A stretch of DNA of 64,000 bases from Selaginella moellendorffii (GCF_000143415.4 NW_003314426.1:1-64000), one strand, 5' to 3'; positions 22,444 through 35,959 are shown, numbered from the stretch's first letter. Notes: generated by a model not told the origin, from the letters alone. Made by a program: numbers and translations.

Positions 22444-22732
22444 TTATTGTATTTTGTAATAAATGTTATAATTTTTCTGCCAAAGTGTAGTTTATGCAAA
22501 TGAATCTTAGTGAACGTTTGAGCTCAGGATTTCCTACATGTCTCATGTAAAACAAAATGGTAAAACAAGAAAAACAGCACACCAAATTTTCAAGCTCTTT
22601 TGCCAAGGAAATCCCCTTTACATTGAGAGCCCACAGCTTTGCAACACCCCCATAGGAGCCTGTTGTTTAGTGCCTATGTGAAGCTATTGACAAAAAATGT
22701 GATGATCCATATGAAGCTCTTCACAGGATCAT

Positions 22733-22766
<34 letters not shown>

Positions 22767-22778
22767 TGTGTCTTTGCC

Positions 22779-23750
22779 ATGACATCCAGCGAAGTAGTAA
22801 GAGGAGTGATCGCGGTGCCTCCTGCAGGCATCTCCACGCCAAATCGCGACTCTTCTGCGCCAATGTGGTGATTCCAACTCCCTCCCGCGAGGGAAGCTCT
22901 TGAACCGCCGCCTGGCCGCCACCCTCGACCTACGCCACCACCCCTTGTTCAGCAATCTCCTCATCCTCATGTATGGCAAGTGCTCCAGCCTCCCGGACGC
23001 ATGGTCCGTCTTCCACGATCTCGTCCACAAGAACGCCTTCTCCTGTAACATCGTGATCTCGACGCTCTGCGCAAACGGCCAGAGCGCGCAAGCGATTCAT
23101 CTCTTCCTCGCCCTCGCCAGCGATTCAGTCGTCCGCCCCACCCACGTCTCGTTCGTCGCCGCGAAAAGAGTGCTTGGATTGTTCTCGGAGTCACTGGGAC
23201 TGGAAAGTGGTGCTCTGGAGGAAGCTTTTGGAGGAGAGAGGCATGCGATGAGGATGAACTACTATCCACCTTGTGCGGAGCCGGAGCTTACAATCGGACT
23301 GGACGCTCACGCGGATCCAAACGGTTTCACTATACTCCAGCAGGACACCAGGGTGAAAGATGGCCTCCAGATTGTACACTGTGGAGCGTGGGTGCCGATC
23401 AAACCTCTGCCTGGCGCCTTTGTTGTCAACATTGGAGATCAACTTCAGGTAAGCTTTCTTTCGATCGTCATAGTCGTGCATGCATGAGATTTCCAGGTTT
23501 TGATTGTGTGTTATTCAGATTCTTTCCAATGATGCGTACAAGAGTCTCCATTGCTTCATTCTATGGGCCAGCAGAAGATAGTCACATTGCTCTGCTGGCG
23601 CAGCTGGTCACTGACGAAGCGCCTGCTTGCTTCAAAGATAGCGTGATCATCGACGAACACAAAGCCAACAAATCCGATCCCACAACGGATTTCATGGATA
23701 CTTTGCTTGAGCACAGACGAGATGACCAAGAGGTTGTCAAAGCCACCTTG
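22779..23750 (+). pseudogene. Chimeric PPR / 2OG-Fe(II) dioxygenase / P450-like fragments, copy 1
   Basis: PPR up to VSFVAA, then KRVLGLFSESLGLE...MRMNYYPPC...HADPNGFTIL...VNIGDQLQ, an intron, then IIDEHK...DFMDTLL. Carries an 11-bp deletion near the ATG and lacks the VEHRAVVN segment. Confidence 0.82.
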
Positions 23751-25098
23751 TCTGCATCTCGTTTAGGTTATGGTCATCCCACTCATTTCCATCCCTCCCT
23801 TAGCCATACATCTGTGGGTTGTTGATGCAATAGCTAATGCAGAGGGTCTCAATCTTTCATACAGCCGCCTTGCTCTATTGATTTGATCCAACATAGAAAA
23901 CTGGTGACATGCCAGAAAGAAACGAAGTATACATGTAACGAAACAAATCAAGGAATTCTTTTCTGCTTTCTTTCCTTCTGGCAAGTCAATAATTTTCAGC
24001 TGGATCGAACCAACAAAGCAAGGTGGGAGATGTCTGAAGTTCTTAGAAAGATTGAAATTGTTGGCGGAGGTGCAACTTAATGAAACGTACCACATGTTCT
24101 AATTGTCTTGCTCTCATTCGATGAGCAGACTAGTATGAAGAAAGGATGACAAAAACCTCCTGTTGTTTACGAAGTTCTTGGAATTGTCATGTATGGCTCG
24201 CAAAAGCACAAAAAGCTTCAAGACTTGACCTTCCTACTTGATTTCTTTAAAGCACCGCATGGCACAGACTACAAACAAAGATTTAAGACTGGTTTAAATT
24301 ATGAAATCAAGATTTACCTTCAAAGTGCTTGCAAGAGCTACAATGCAGCCAACCACGGCCAACAGTAACTGCTTCTCGTCCGAAATAGAAGTTTCAGAAA
24401 TAAACCATGCTAGGATGTTCAGGCGTAGTGCTATCTGGTATTAGTGTTAGTGACGACAAGTAAAACACTGAGCTTTCCAACAGAAAAGAAACAGCATCGG
24501 AAGTATGCCCAAGGAGAATTAACAGTAAACTTCCCGGAAAGTTTTGCGAAAATAAGATAAATACTATCACGAACCTGCAATAGAGAAGATTAGTATTTCT
24601 TCTCGATGGAATTTTATTATGTTGGAGTCCAAGAACGAGATGATCCTACACAATACAAGAAGTTTCCCGGTCAGCACCGAACTGAGAAACATAATCAACC
24701 TAAATTATGCACAGATAAAAAAAATTCAAGAGTATCAGTGTTAGTTGCGATTGCTGACACTCCTCACAAAGAAATGGAACATATTTCTTTAATAACTGCT
24801 CTGGGTTTCCTAGCTGGTTAATTTCTTGTGAGAATAATAAAACTCAAACTTACCATCGGGACCTTCCACAAAGCATATTGGAATTCGCGAAGGCTCAACA
24901 TTTTGGAGTTGTCAGATATCATAGCTGCTTCTAGCATTAAATCAGTTCGAATGTGATCCTACACTGCAATTTATAGTTCACGTCGGTATACCACACATCT
25001 TGAACAAAATAGCTCGGGAGATGCAACAGCATGGTGTCCACGGCTGGCTTCTCGTAGGATCCATGCATCTCATCTCAAGTGGGCAGAGATCAAGTGGA

Positions 25099-25817
25099 AT
25101 GTTGATGAAGTGCGGTGAAGTAGACTGAACGATGCTTGTTTGAGTGAATCGACATAGTGGGATTTCTCGAATTATGTCTCCCAGGCCTTCCCACTTGAGA
25201 AATTCCAGAGTCGTGTGAATGGCCTTCTCTTTGGTTCTCAAAACTGTTTTTTGGAAATGCTTGTCTATAATGTGTTTAGGTAACTCTATTTCTCTTTTAG
25301 CTTCAACTACACCTCCAGTAGCACCATTATCAGATCTAGCCCCTAACTCGGGCCCAACACCCCCGTCAGGTGCACTTGGGCACTGCCTCGTAATGTAATT
25401 AGTTTTTGCCATATTTTGTGAATATGTTAAGAGTAGTGGCATTTGTGGTTGTGGTTGCAATGGTAGTGACGACAATCGCGCTGCTGGTGGTGATGATGGT
25501 GGTGGTGGTGGTGGTAATAATGGCGATGATGGCAATGGTGGTAACGGTGGTGATGACGGTGGTGGTGATGGTGGTGATGACAGTGGAGGTAATGGTGGTG
25601 ATGAAGGTAGAGGTGGCAATGGTGATGGCAATGGTAATGGTGGTGGTGGCAAAAATGGGGGTGCATGTGGACTAGAGTTATCTGGTTGTGAAGACGGCAG
25701 AGTTGTCGCTGTGGAAATCTCTATCTAAAGGTCAACTTGATTGTCGTCCTGGATCTCATCTTCCTCATGTTTTCTCTTTGATCCAACATCCTTCTCCTTT
25801 TGTAGTTGCTTCCGTTT
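25099..25817 (-). pseudogene. 5' part (Pro-rich exon, start of ParB-like domain) of the accessory gene
   Basis: ORF 24978-25652 matches copy 1 up to SPHFIN, then switches to unrelated cassette sequence at ~25098. Confidence 0.8.
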
Positions 25818-25879
25818 CTGAAAATAAAAAAAACTCAATATAAATTAAAAATGCATAAGAAGCGAGGACTTTGGGGCGT

Positions 25880-26348
25880 GGACTTGGTGCAGGAGCCAGT
25901 TCGCTGGCGAACTAGCCCTCCCCCCAATGCCAAGTCCAAGTGCCCGGGCTGGGCATTTGGCGCGGGCCGGTGAAGGTGCTTGGGGGGGGGGCCGGTTCGC
26001 CGGCAAACTGGCCCTCCCCCCAGTGCCAAGTCCAAGCGCCTAGTCCGGGCACTTGACACGGGCCAGTCAAGGCACTTGGGGGAGGGCCAGTTCGCCAGTG
26101 AACTGGCCTGCCCCCAAGTGCCTTTGCCGGCCCCACGCGGAGTGCCTAGGCATGGGCACTTGGCGCGGGCACCGGTTCGCTGGCGCACTGATGCCTGCCC
26201 GGCCTGGGCACTTGGCAGTGGCGGTGCTGGGCAGCGGTGGCCCTGGGCAGTGGCGGTGCTGGGCGTGGCATGGCATGGGCGCGGCAGCACTGGGCATGGC
26301 GGTGATGGGCAGTGGCAGCCCTAGGCAGTGGCAGCACTGGGCGTGGCA
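25880..26348. repeat. GC-rich palindromic array, copy 2 (runs into gap)
   Basis: Reverse-complement homolog of 10035-10690 with a different unit number. Confidence 0.88.
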
Positions 26349-26856
26349 NNNNNNNNNNNNNNNNNNNNNNNNNNNNNNNNNNNNNNNNNNNNNNNNNNNN
26401 NNNNNNNNNNNNNNNNNNNNNNNNNNNNNNNNNNNNNNNNNNNNNNNNNNNNNNNNNNNNNNNNNNNNNNNNNNNNNNNNNNNNNNNNNNNNNNNNNNNN
26501 NNNNNNNNNNNNNNNNNNNNNNNNNNNNNNNNNNNNNNNNNNNNNNNNNNNNNNNNNNNNNNNNNNNNNNNNNNNNNNNNNNNNNNNNNNNNNNNNNNNN
26601 NNNNNNNNNNNNNNNNNNNNNNNNNNNNNNNNNNNNNNNNNNNNNNNNNNNNNNNNNNNNNNNNNNNNNNNNNNNNNNNNNNNNNNNNNNNNNNNNNNNN
26701 NNNNNNNNNNNNNNNNNNNNNNNNNNNNNNNNNNNNNNNNNNNNNNNNNNNNNNNNNNNNNNNNNNNNNNNNNNNNNNNNNNNNNNNNNNNNNNNNNNNN
26801 NNNNNNNNNNNNNNNNNNNNNNNNNNNNNNNNNNNNNNNNNNNNNNNNNNNNNNNN
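26349..26856. other. Assembly gap (N)
   Basis: Run of N. Confidence 1.
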
Positions 26857-27662
26857 GAGGAGTAGAAAACTTACTCTTGGTGGCATTCTGTTTGTTGCTG
26901 ATGGATCCCACAGTCACTCCCAATCTCCCACTCTCATTACATTCTGCAAATATTTGCTAGCAATGTACAATTTCTATTCTGTCCTAGATTTGATCACGTG
27001 ACAAAGTCCTTTTGAGTTGTAATTTAATAATTGAGGTGTGCTTTAATATGATTATGCCATAATGTGGAAATAATGTCACAAACACATGTGTTGAATTGAT
27101 GATAGTACGAAATTATAAATGAGAATTATGTGTTTCTTGCAAGTAATAGCATCTTGCAGAAAATATAAGATTATTAAATCGTAAGGTGTTATTTCCAAAG
27201 CAATGTATATAGATAATTTACTATAGGTGATAGATGGTAGTACAAAGATGGAATATATTTAAATGAGTTCAGAAGAATGTGATGATTTTTGGCTTTAATG
27301 AAGTACTGAAAATATGTACAATATTTAATTTGTTTGGCAACAGTTGGTTAATGGTAGATCCTAGAATAAAATCATTCATATCTTTCATATTATGGCATAT
27401 GCTTGAGGTGATATTTCTTTCCGTTCTACCAAAAGTTAGTCCATATAATAAATTTGAGCATGTTTTTGAATTCAATGTATACAAACTTTTAATATTGTAC
27501 AACATAGTTCTATATACTTCATATAGAATTTATTATAACAACATTATTCGATGTTAGATCCTAGAATAAAATCGCCCTTTCTTTTCACATAATGGCATAG
27601 CACATGTTTGAGGTGACATTTCTTTATAAAAGTTCAAAGTTCCAAAACCTAAAGGCAACAAA

Positions 27663-30600
27663 ATGGAGAGTTTCCTTTTGCATTACCAAGATCACCCACT
27701 GCTTTTTTTCTCTCAAAGTCTTATTTTAGAAAGTTTTTGTTGCCGATGTTTTGATCTTTCTCTTAGTTCTATTTCATTGGAGGGTGTGATTCGCAACAAC
27801 ATTGGTGTAGTTGAACAATCAAAGTTTCTTCTTTCAGGTGTAGGTGAAGGTGGACAACATTGGGATTTGCAACATTCCAAGTAGAAGGAGATTCGAGTTT
27901 TTGGATCTCCAATCAAAGTGCGAGGCTACAATTCTGCCAAAGTGAATGTGAAGCAAGAGTCGGTCGTCATTATTTCTTCCTCTTTTAGTTCTAATGGAGA
28001 TTTTAGTCCAATGTGAGCTACGAATTTCCAAATTCGAACTTCACCGATATTCAAAGTTGTTTGCAATGCTTTCCAGTTTTCCCGCTTCTCTATTGACGTG
28101 TGTTCCTTTCTGCATAGGCCCGTTAGCGAGCTCCCATTTACATACAATGGCAATATCTTCTTTGAACTACCACCTTTTGTCAACTCAAAACAAAAGGGGA
28201 TGGAGACAAAGCAGGACGTTCACAATTGGTGCAAGATCAAGACCACACATTTCCAGCATTTCAAAGGCATAGTGTCCATGGTTCATTGTGGTGGGTATTT
28301 GGATTGTGTGAATAAAGCATGCAATCGAGAGCGTGGTAAAAACTCCATATTTTTTTAAGGATCTGCAACCAATCCTCCCATCTGTGACACCATTGGTGTT
28401 GGATTCAAGTGTTAGTTTTGCAAGAATGCTCCATTGTGTTGTGCCATTTGTGGGGCCAAGATATACTATTTTCTTCCATGGGATGGAGAGGCTAGTAGAG
28501 CTACAGTACATATTGGCACACACACACATCCAATGCAGGAAGGGATACAAAGGAGTTCTCTCAACCGTTTCAAAGATGCAGTCTAGATAGAGACTATGAG
28601 AAACTTATCTGCAACTCTGAAGTATGTTCAGAAGACAGTGCTTAAGGATTTTATCACAAACACTTTACTTGATCCAAACTGCAAGAATACTCAACTGGAT
28701 AAGACTAGCTTGCGAGAGTTACTATGACATGTGCAATCTACAACTAGCCTCAGGAGGTATGAAAATATTATTACATATTTTTCAATAATATCTCTCTTAT
28801 ATTTTGTTTTATTTATGATAAAATCTTGGATGTGTGAATCTCGAGAGGGGAAACTCCAATAAAAAATCAACTCAATCCTTGAACTAAAATGGATTTGTCC
28901 CTACGAGTTTATCCATACGAGTTTATTTCCAGAACAAGTCACTAGTGAGCAAGAGTGCCCTTTTGTTTTCAAAATGTCTACCATAGGCCCTACCTTTGGT
29001 GTGGATCTTGTTTCCTGAATGGATTTGTCTGGTTCAAGTGACCTTGCTAATGCATGGGTACATTTTGACCATATGGAGCGAATGGTGGGTTGGACAACCA
29101 TGGGAGCTTATGTGTATAACCTGGGGTAGTTTTTTTTCTCATTATCTTAAAATGGTTTTAAGTATTGCCCTTTTCACAGGCTACATTGTAACTTAACAAT
29201 TGCAACAACAAAGTTTAAAGTACAAGACTAGATGGCTCAGGAAATATTTTGGAAGTCCCTCTTTGACATTGTATTAAAACGGACTGGTAAGCCTGCCAAC
29301 TTTCGTGGTTTCATGGCAGATGGGGTTGGGGCTCATTGGAATGGTGTCTGGGTAGTCTTTGGGAATGGTCAACCCCTACGAGGTCGTGAGAGGATTTGTG
29401 AATTCCATTAGGCTCAAAACATAAACGAACACTACCACCTTATTAAGCTAGATTTCTAATTAGCATTTAAGAAGTTGTGCAAACAATGGTAGGCTACACC
29501 TTCTGAAGAAAAGCACGAGGCAAAAACAAATGAGATTTGAATGTGATGGCGTGAAAAATAGCCATACTAACGTAAGTTGTCTACCACAACTTGAGTCATG
29601 GTTGGGGTGGTGGGAAATTAGAATGTTCCAATGGGGACATCACTCTTTTCAGATTGGTTTTTCTTTTTTTCCTCTCTTTTTATTACTTTTTAATATCATC
29701 TTTTTATAAGGATCAACCACTTGAGGATCTTGCATACACCCCAACTTTGAATCTCTCAGAGAGTAAACATTAGAGCTGGCATTCCTTTAAGGCAGGGAAA
29801 GGGAAGATGAGTGTATATGAAGCATGTCTATCAAATTTGATACACGTTGTAGAGCAGTCTTCAAAAGCCTTGGCATTTGAGGAAGGAAGATACATGGGAA
29901 CAGGACCTTCGGTTGAGATGTTACAAGAAGAAAGTGACTCCACCAGCACAAACAGTGGCAACTACAGTGGAGGAAGTGGTCCATGGAACATCTATGGAGT
30001 ACACTCCTCAGGCTTCTATTGGTGATATGAAGACCGTCCGCTCAAAGCGTCGCTTTTCCTTTGCTGGTGAAGATGTTAACACAGATCTTGGAGCAAAAAG
30101 CTCTCACAAGCCTGATGTTGAGTATCATTCTGCTCCAAGACATCACCCCCCAACCGAGCCACCTCAAGTGGCTGATGAAGAAAGTGCATCACAATAAGTT
30201 GAAATTTCTTATCGTAGCGTGGAGCCGAAGCAATGGGCAATCCATCGAGTGCCAGCAAAATCAAATGTAAAGTGTGTGGGGATGCTTCCGAGGGGCAAGT
30301 GTTGGGCTTGGATCCGTGGTGACAAGTCTGCTTCTGTTCCAGCCCCATGTTTCCATGGGGAACGAAAGCAAGCAGGATTTTCAAGATGGTGTTGGTTATA
30401 TTGCTGCAACATTGATGTCAACCATACAAAGTGGCTTGAAGACACTATAGAGACTAAACCTGATGCAGTACCTAAAGAATGGCCGGTTGCTAATGGGGTT
30501 GCGTTCACCTTGGATGAGATTGAAAACCTTGAGAAATTTAGTTTGAATCTTGAAAGGAGAGTTGGAGACATGAGTGATAAAACCAAGACTGTTCCTACAG

Positions 30601-30977
30601 AGATGCATAGGAGGCCAACGAGAAAAGGTAAGGCAGTTAAATTTATTAGTACCATCTCCAAACAGAAGCAAGGTAAAATAAACTTGGCTCAAACACTTGA
30701 GTATAAGATTCTCTCTATGAAGTACATTATTGCGCTTGCAAAGGAGTACATAGTCAAAATAGAAGGTGGAGAGTGCACAATTGCCATTCAAGACTTTCCT
30801 TCTTGCACATGTCCAGACTTTACGAAACGTGAGGAACATGGGAAGGCATATGCTTCTTGCAAGCATATGTACTACATCTTCATCAGCATCTTGCACCAGG
30901 ATCCTAAAGTGGATATTCATATACACCAAGCAAGCCTCACTATTGCCGAGTTGCAGAAAACTTTTGGAGCTAATTAG
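27663..30977 (+). pseudogene. MULE-type transposase: GCM-like Zn domain, DDE core, Cys-rich region, C-terminal SWIM finger (most complete copy)
   Basis: ELPFTYNGNIFFELPP...DVHNWCK...HCGGYLDCVNKAC...FCKNAPLCCAICGAK...IGTHTHP. D1 in HFDH ~29061; D2 in GFMADG ~29307; CEFH ~29396; E in LNLSESKH ~29747; SWIM SCTCPDF...SCKHMYY ~30801-30876. Multiple TAG/TGA/TAA stops. Confidence 0.85.
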
Positions 30978-31044
30978 ATTTTCCAGCACTATCGATGTTT
31001 ATTCTCTATCAATAATATAAATTTAAATAAAATATAAATTAATA

Positions 31045-31173
31045 GAAAGTCTTAAATAGCAATTTTATACTCTCCACCTTCTATTTTAACTATGTACTCC
31101 TTTGCAAGCACAATAATGTACTTCGTGGACAGAATCTTATACTCAAGTATTTGAGCCAAGTTTATTTTACCTT
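31045..31173 (-). repeat. 129-bp inverted duplication of transposase 30670-30798
   Basis: Reverse complement of AAGGTAAAATAAACTTGGCTC...CAAGACTTTC, located ~70 bp after the stop codon. Confidence 0.92.
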
Positions 31174-31699
31174 ATATAATTAATAAAAATATTTTATTAT
31201 TTCACTTTTCATTTCATATACTTGCGAGGGTTCTTTTCGCAATACTACCTATAGTATTCGTGAGTCTCCATTTTTGTCTTTACCATCTCAAAAAATATTT
31301 CATGGTAGTCTTTCGGGTGCGTGATGTTGCAATGTATTGTGAGAGCATATGTACTATCATAGTTGTTTTTTTTCCTTTCAAATGGCTATATGTCCTTATA
31401 TATAATCTTAATTCAAATTTAATAATTTTAAAATTCTGATGAACCTGACATTTACTAGCCAGAAAGCACAGAGTACAAATTTAAAGAAGTGATAAGAATA
31501 CTTTTTTTGCAAACATTTTATTTTATGTTCTAACAAACGTCTCTATCATTGCATGTAGTAAATATTTAAATTCTTAGAACAAGAAGTGTCCTTTAGAACA
31601 TTTTTATCTATATAATATATAAAGAGTTATGAAATTATTAAGTTCACCATAACTTTAAAATTTTAAAGTTTATAATGTTTGTACTAAATTACAATTGAA

Positions 31700-31754
31700 A
31701 ATTGAGCTCAACTCGTGACCTCAACTGTTCAACTCGTGAGCTCAAGTATAGTCT
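31700..31754. repeat. Putative terminus, transposase end (copy 2)
   Basis: AATTGAGCTCAACTCGTGACCTCAACTGTTCAACTCGTGAGCTCAAGTATAGTCT. Confidence 0.65.
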
Positions 31755-33454
31755 GCACTCTGGATCGGGAAGTTATTAATTATTTTTTTTAATTTCTAAT
31801 CTAGATGTAATATAATATAAATAAGGAAGTATACAGTAACTTAAAAATGAATGTTGCTTACATCATTATTTATTATATAGCTAGCAATATAATAATAATA
31901 ATAAATAAATTTGCTCTAAATTATAAATAAATTATAAGAAAATATGTCTCTGATATATTATTTTTCAATTATAGTTAATCACTTGGATCCCGTGGAAATG
32001 ATGAACTTCAAAAGATTACACAATGGCTAGTGCAAAATTTGTTTTATAATCTTGTTGTAGAGTAACTAATAGAGCAACAATAGTATGCATAGCATTTTTA
32101 GTTTACTTTAGAAAATATAGTGTAAAGCATATACCTAAAATATTTAATATATAATAAAATATTCCTCATTCTAAGGGTTATAATTTCTTGCTGTTAAACT
32201 TTTCTATAATTCATTTTTATCAAGATTTAATTCTAATATTCTTGGGGGATGGGGAGGGGGGGCCAACTTCCTATTAGGTGTTTCTATCTTTATTTTACAT
32301 TTGGCTTAGTTCTAAGCTTAAAATCCATACCATGTTAGCTAGTGGAGTATTTATATCCTTGCACTAGACCATTAATATGTTGAAATAATGCTTTAGCTTT
32401 GTTTTACATGTTTGTTTTAATGTTGGGATGCTAAAAGTTTTAAGACTATTTTAATGTTGTTTTGTGCTCCTGTTTCATCGCTCCTTAGTTGCATATTCAA
32501 GAGTTGTTCCATACTTTTATTTCTTTGTTCATTAGGCATATGCTTAGGTGTTGCCCTTAGCACACATATCTCAAAAGTTAGGTCGTTCTATTGCTATCCT
32601 ATAGTAATTAAAAGGTGAAAATCATATATGCTACAGATATAAAGATGATTTTGTCTTAAGTATATGCTAGAAAATAAAGAAGATTTTATTTTGAAGCATA
32701 TGCTAAAAGATAACCATGCAAAGTAAAAGAGGATCCATATCAAAAGGTGGTAATATACCCATACAAACAATAATTTGATAGATATAAAGGAATTCAAAGT
32801 GCTCAACCATATGTTGTGTGGCATCAGAATTAATAATAAGAGTAAAAAACAACTAATAGTTAATAAAGCACCAGTAACATGAGTATGATTGTGTTGAAAA
32901 TCCATAGTTAAAAATAAAATAGGAGAAGATGAGTCATCAATAGTAGCATATGTCTATTGTTGTTATCCATTAGAACTAGTAGCAATATAAGCTTCAGGGA
33001 CTTGCCATGGATGAGGAATAACATGAGAAATTGAATAAGTATTATTTAGATGTTGACAAAAAAATTAAGAAATATGGCCAAAACGATTCTAAATATATAG
33101 TAGGGATAGTGAGTAAGTTTGGTGTGGTTGACCAACCTGCAACATTATCTAACTTCTTATTAGGTATGTTTATTTTTGTTTTACATTTGGCTTAAGTTTA
33201 AGCCCAAACTTTGTACTATATTAGTTGGTGGAATATCTTTATGTTAGGCCACCATTATGCTCCATTTTATGTGATTGTCTTGATATTGGAATGCTAAAAG
33301 CTCTATTCCTTATTCTGTATTTGTTCTTATTCCTTTGTTCATTAGCTTTATATATACTCAAGAGTTTTGTTCATCCCTTTGTTTAGTGGCCAAGGCCCTA
33401 AAACTTAGGTGCCACTCTATTGCCATTAGACACAGATATATATATATATATATA

Positions 33455-34011
33455 TATAAGCTTTTAAATTTGGATTTCTCATGATGTCATTGAGCCCAAT
33501 ACTATTCAACCTTAGGTATTTAAACTTAAGGACACTTAACCATAAATATTTTGAAACCTTTAATTGATTGAAAAAAAGGGGTACACTTTTATTCATCCCT
33601 TTATATTTGAACTCTATAGATTATCTCTCAAGTCATTCCCTTTGGTTATTTACAATTCATTATGTTTCTCTATAAGTTCTTTATAGATGCAACTTTCTTG
33701 ACACTGTACAAGTCAAGCTTAACTGGAATAAATTAGACTTGCTAAATGTAAATCTTAACATATGGTATAATTTCTTTAGCCAACTGAAAGTCAAACCTGA
33801 GATCCCTCTAATACTAAATGTAATCTTCTAAATTTAAACTTTTTGGGAGGTCATCCAACTTAGGTTATTCAAACCCAAGAACATTTAACCCCAAGTATCC
33901 CAAGACCTCTAACTGATTAAAAACAATGTTGCACTTTTATTTATGGGCCCTTTCCCCTTATATTTGAATCTCATATATCATTTATTGAGTCATTCCTATT
34001 AGTTGTTTACA
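33455..34011 (-). mobile_element. Old AT-eroded TRIM (~190-bp LTRs related to the solo LTR at 61101)
   Basis: 33455-33654 and 33819-34011 align by eye to the reverse complement of 61101-61294 and end in TTACA. CTCTAATACTA at ~33806-33816 is a decayed CTCTGATACCA (tRNA-iMet PBS). Confidence 0.7.
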
Positions 34012-34228
34012 ATATGTTTCAAGAGATATGGTCATTTTATAATAATTAAATATAGGCTATAAGGTGAAAATCATATGTATTACATATATAAAGATGATTT
34101 TGCTGTGAAATATATATAAAAAGGTGATCATGCAAAGTATAAGAGTATCTATAACAATCAAAAGTTGGTAATATACTCATGTTTACAATACAAGCAATAG
34201 ACAAAATATTAGTGTGAAGGGATGGAAT

Positions 34229-34418
34229 TATAAACTTTTAAATTTAAATTTCTTGGGAAGTCATCCAACCTATTACTACTCAACTAAAAGATATGTATTA
34301 ATTATTCCAAAACCTTTAATTGATTGGAAAATAAAATACACTTTTATTCATAAGCCTTTTCCCTTTGTATTTAAATCTTTACATATCATTTCTCAAAAAA
34401 AAAAATTTGTTGATTACA
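34229..34418 (-). mobile_element. Eroded solo LTR of the same family
   Basis: TATAAAC...GATTACA with near-TSD GGAAT/GAAAT; shares GGGAAGTCATCCAAC and CCTTTTCCCT blocks. Confidence 0.6.
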
Positions 34419-35959
34419 GAAATATAAAAAACTCTCTTGAGAAAAGAGAGTTTTAAATTTGTATCCTAAATAACTTGGATAATCATAAAGGAATTCAAAG
34501 TACTCAACCATATATTATGTGGAGTCAACGTTAAGAGTAAAAGAAGAACTAATAGTCAATAAAACATCAGTAATATAAGCATGATAAGAATCCTCAGTTA
34601 AAGACAAAATAGGAGAAGATGATTCATCGATAGTAGTATATACTTGTTGCTGTTATCCACTAGAATTAGTAGCAATATAAGCTTAAGGGAGTTGCCATGG
34701 ATGAAGAATAACACGAGAAATTGAACAAGTATTATTTAGGTATTGATAACAAAATTAAAAAATATATGATAAAACCCAGAAGATTGATGATAAAGGCATG
34801 CTTATCAACCATAATTATAACAAATATTGCCCAAACCACCATAAGAATGAAATGAATTTTATTAAAAAGAGAACCACTTATTTGAAACATGAGCACTAAT
34901 AGATGGTGACTGAGAGTAAAGTGTCGGGGGAAGCATATTGAATAACGATTCTAATCACAAATTGCAGTAAGAGCAATCTTAAAATTATAATGATCTTTCA
35001 TCATAAGATTAGTAACCACAATAGAATACTTTAAAGGAAGAGTGTTCAAAAACCAAAGAAAGCAATCCTCAAGGGTGAGAGTCATATCTCAGTTGTAAGT
35101 CTAGTTGTATCATATAGCCTTTGTGATATTGCTTGGATCTATAATCCTTAGGTGAAAACTTGATGAAGTTCTTTGGTGTAGTTTGGATTGCGATTGTGAC
35201 TAATTGCGCCAGTCTACTGTTGTAATTGCAAAATGACAAAGGGCTTTTGATGTTATTGATTTTGTGTTGGTATAGTAATTCTCGCCCTAAAACAAGCTAC
35301 CAAACATAGGAATCAATTAAAAACTAATTTGAGACCTTCAATTCCCAAGAAGGCTCATGCAAGTGGTTGTGAGTAAGGATAAGCTTGATATTACTAGAAT
35401 ACCCCAAGTCGTGAGAAAATGGATGTGCATTGGTCATAAACTGGAATACAATAGAGAAGTGCTAACTCTCCCCCTTAACTACTCTTACATGGTGGCAACT
35501 GCCACTTCTTCATGAGTCATGATTGTTAACTACGGAGCTTTGTGCTTTCTTTAGCAAGCTGGTCATTGATGCATTGTGTTTCCGCACATATTGTCCTCTA
35601 GGACATATCTCTAGAGTTAGGATTTTGCTCTTTGCAATGGAGTGTCGAGTTTGAGTCCTTGTGGTAACTTTCTTGAGTTTTTTCTTTGTTGGTGTGGTAG
35701 TGTTGGAGAAGCTTGCTTCGTGTTAGTCTTTGGCATGTTTGTTAATGAGTCTTAAGAGATTTGTTAGTATCTAAGTCTTGTTTTTGGTCAAAGTTCTTCA
35801 AATTATTATTTTTCTTCATGTTGTTTTCTTGAGCTTGATTTTTCAAAGTCTTTCTTGTGTTGGATTTTTGAATTTGAGCTTCATGTTTTTTTATTGTGTT
35901 GAGTTCTTGAGCTTGAACTTTGTAAATCTTAAATGTGTTGAAATTTTGAGTTTGAGTCT

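Larger units (their letters stand above)
18955..25098. repeat. Segment duplicated in inverted orientation at ~42257-48617
   Basis: Near-identical ORF sets on opposite strands (kinase, phosphatase, chimera). Coordinates sum to 67547 across the kinase/phosphatase block. Confidence 0.95.
25099..31754. mobile_element. MULE-like transposon, copy 2 (inverted vs copy 1; complete transposase side, accessory gene truncated)
   Basis: 25099-25817 matches 10750-11468 reversed; GC array; assembly gap; transposase 27663-30977; terminal motif 31700-31754. Confidence 0.82.

Noticed and set aside
26053-27001. Long ORFs across N runs (also 53964-54591)
   Set aside because: Artefacts of assembly gaps.
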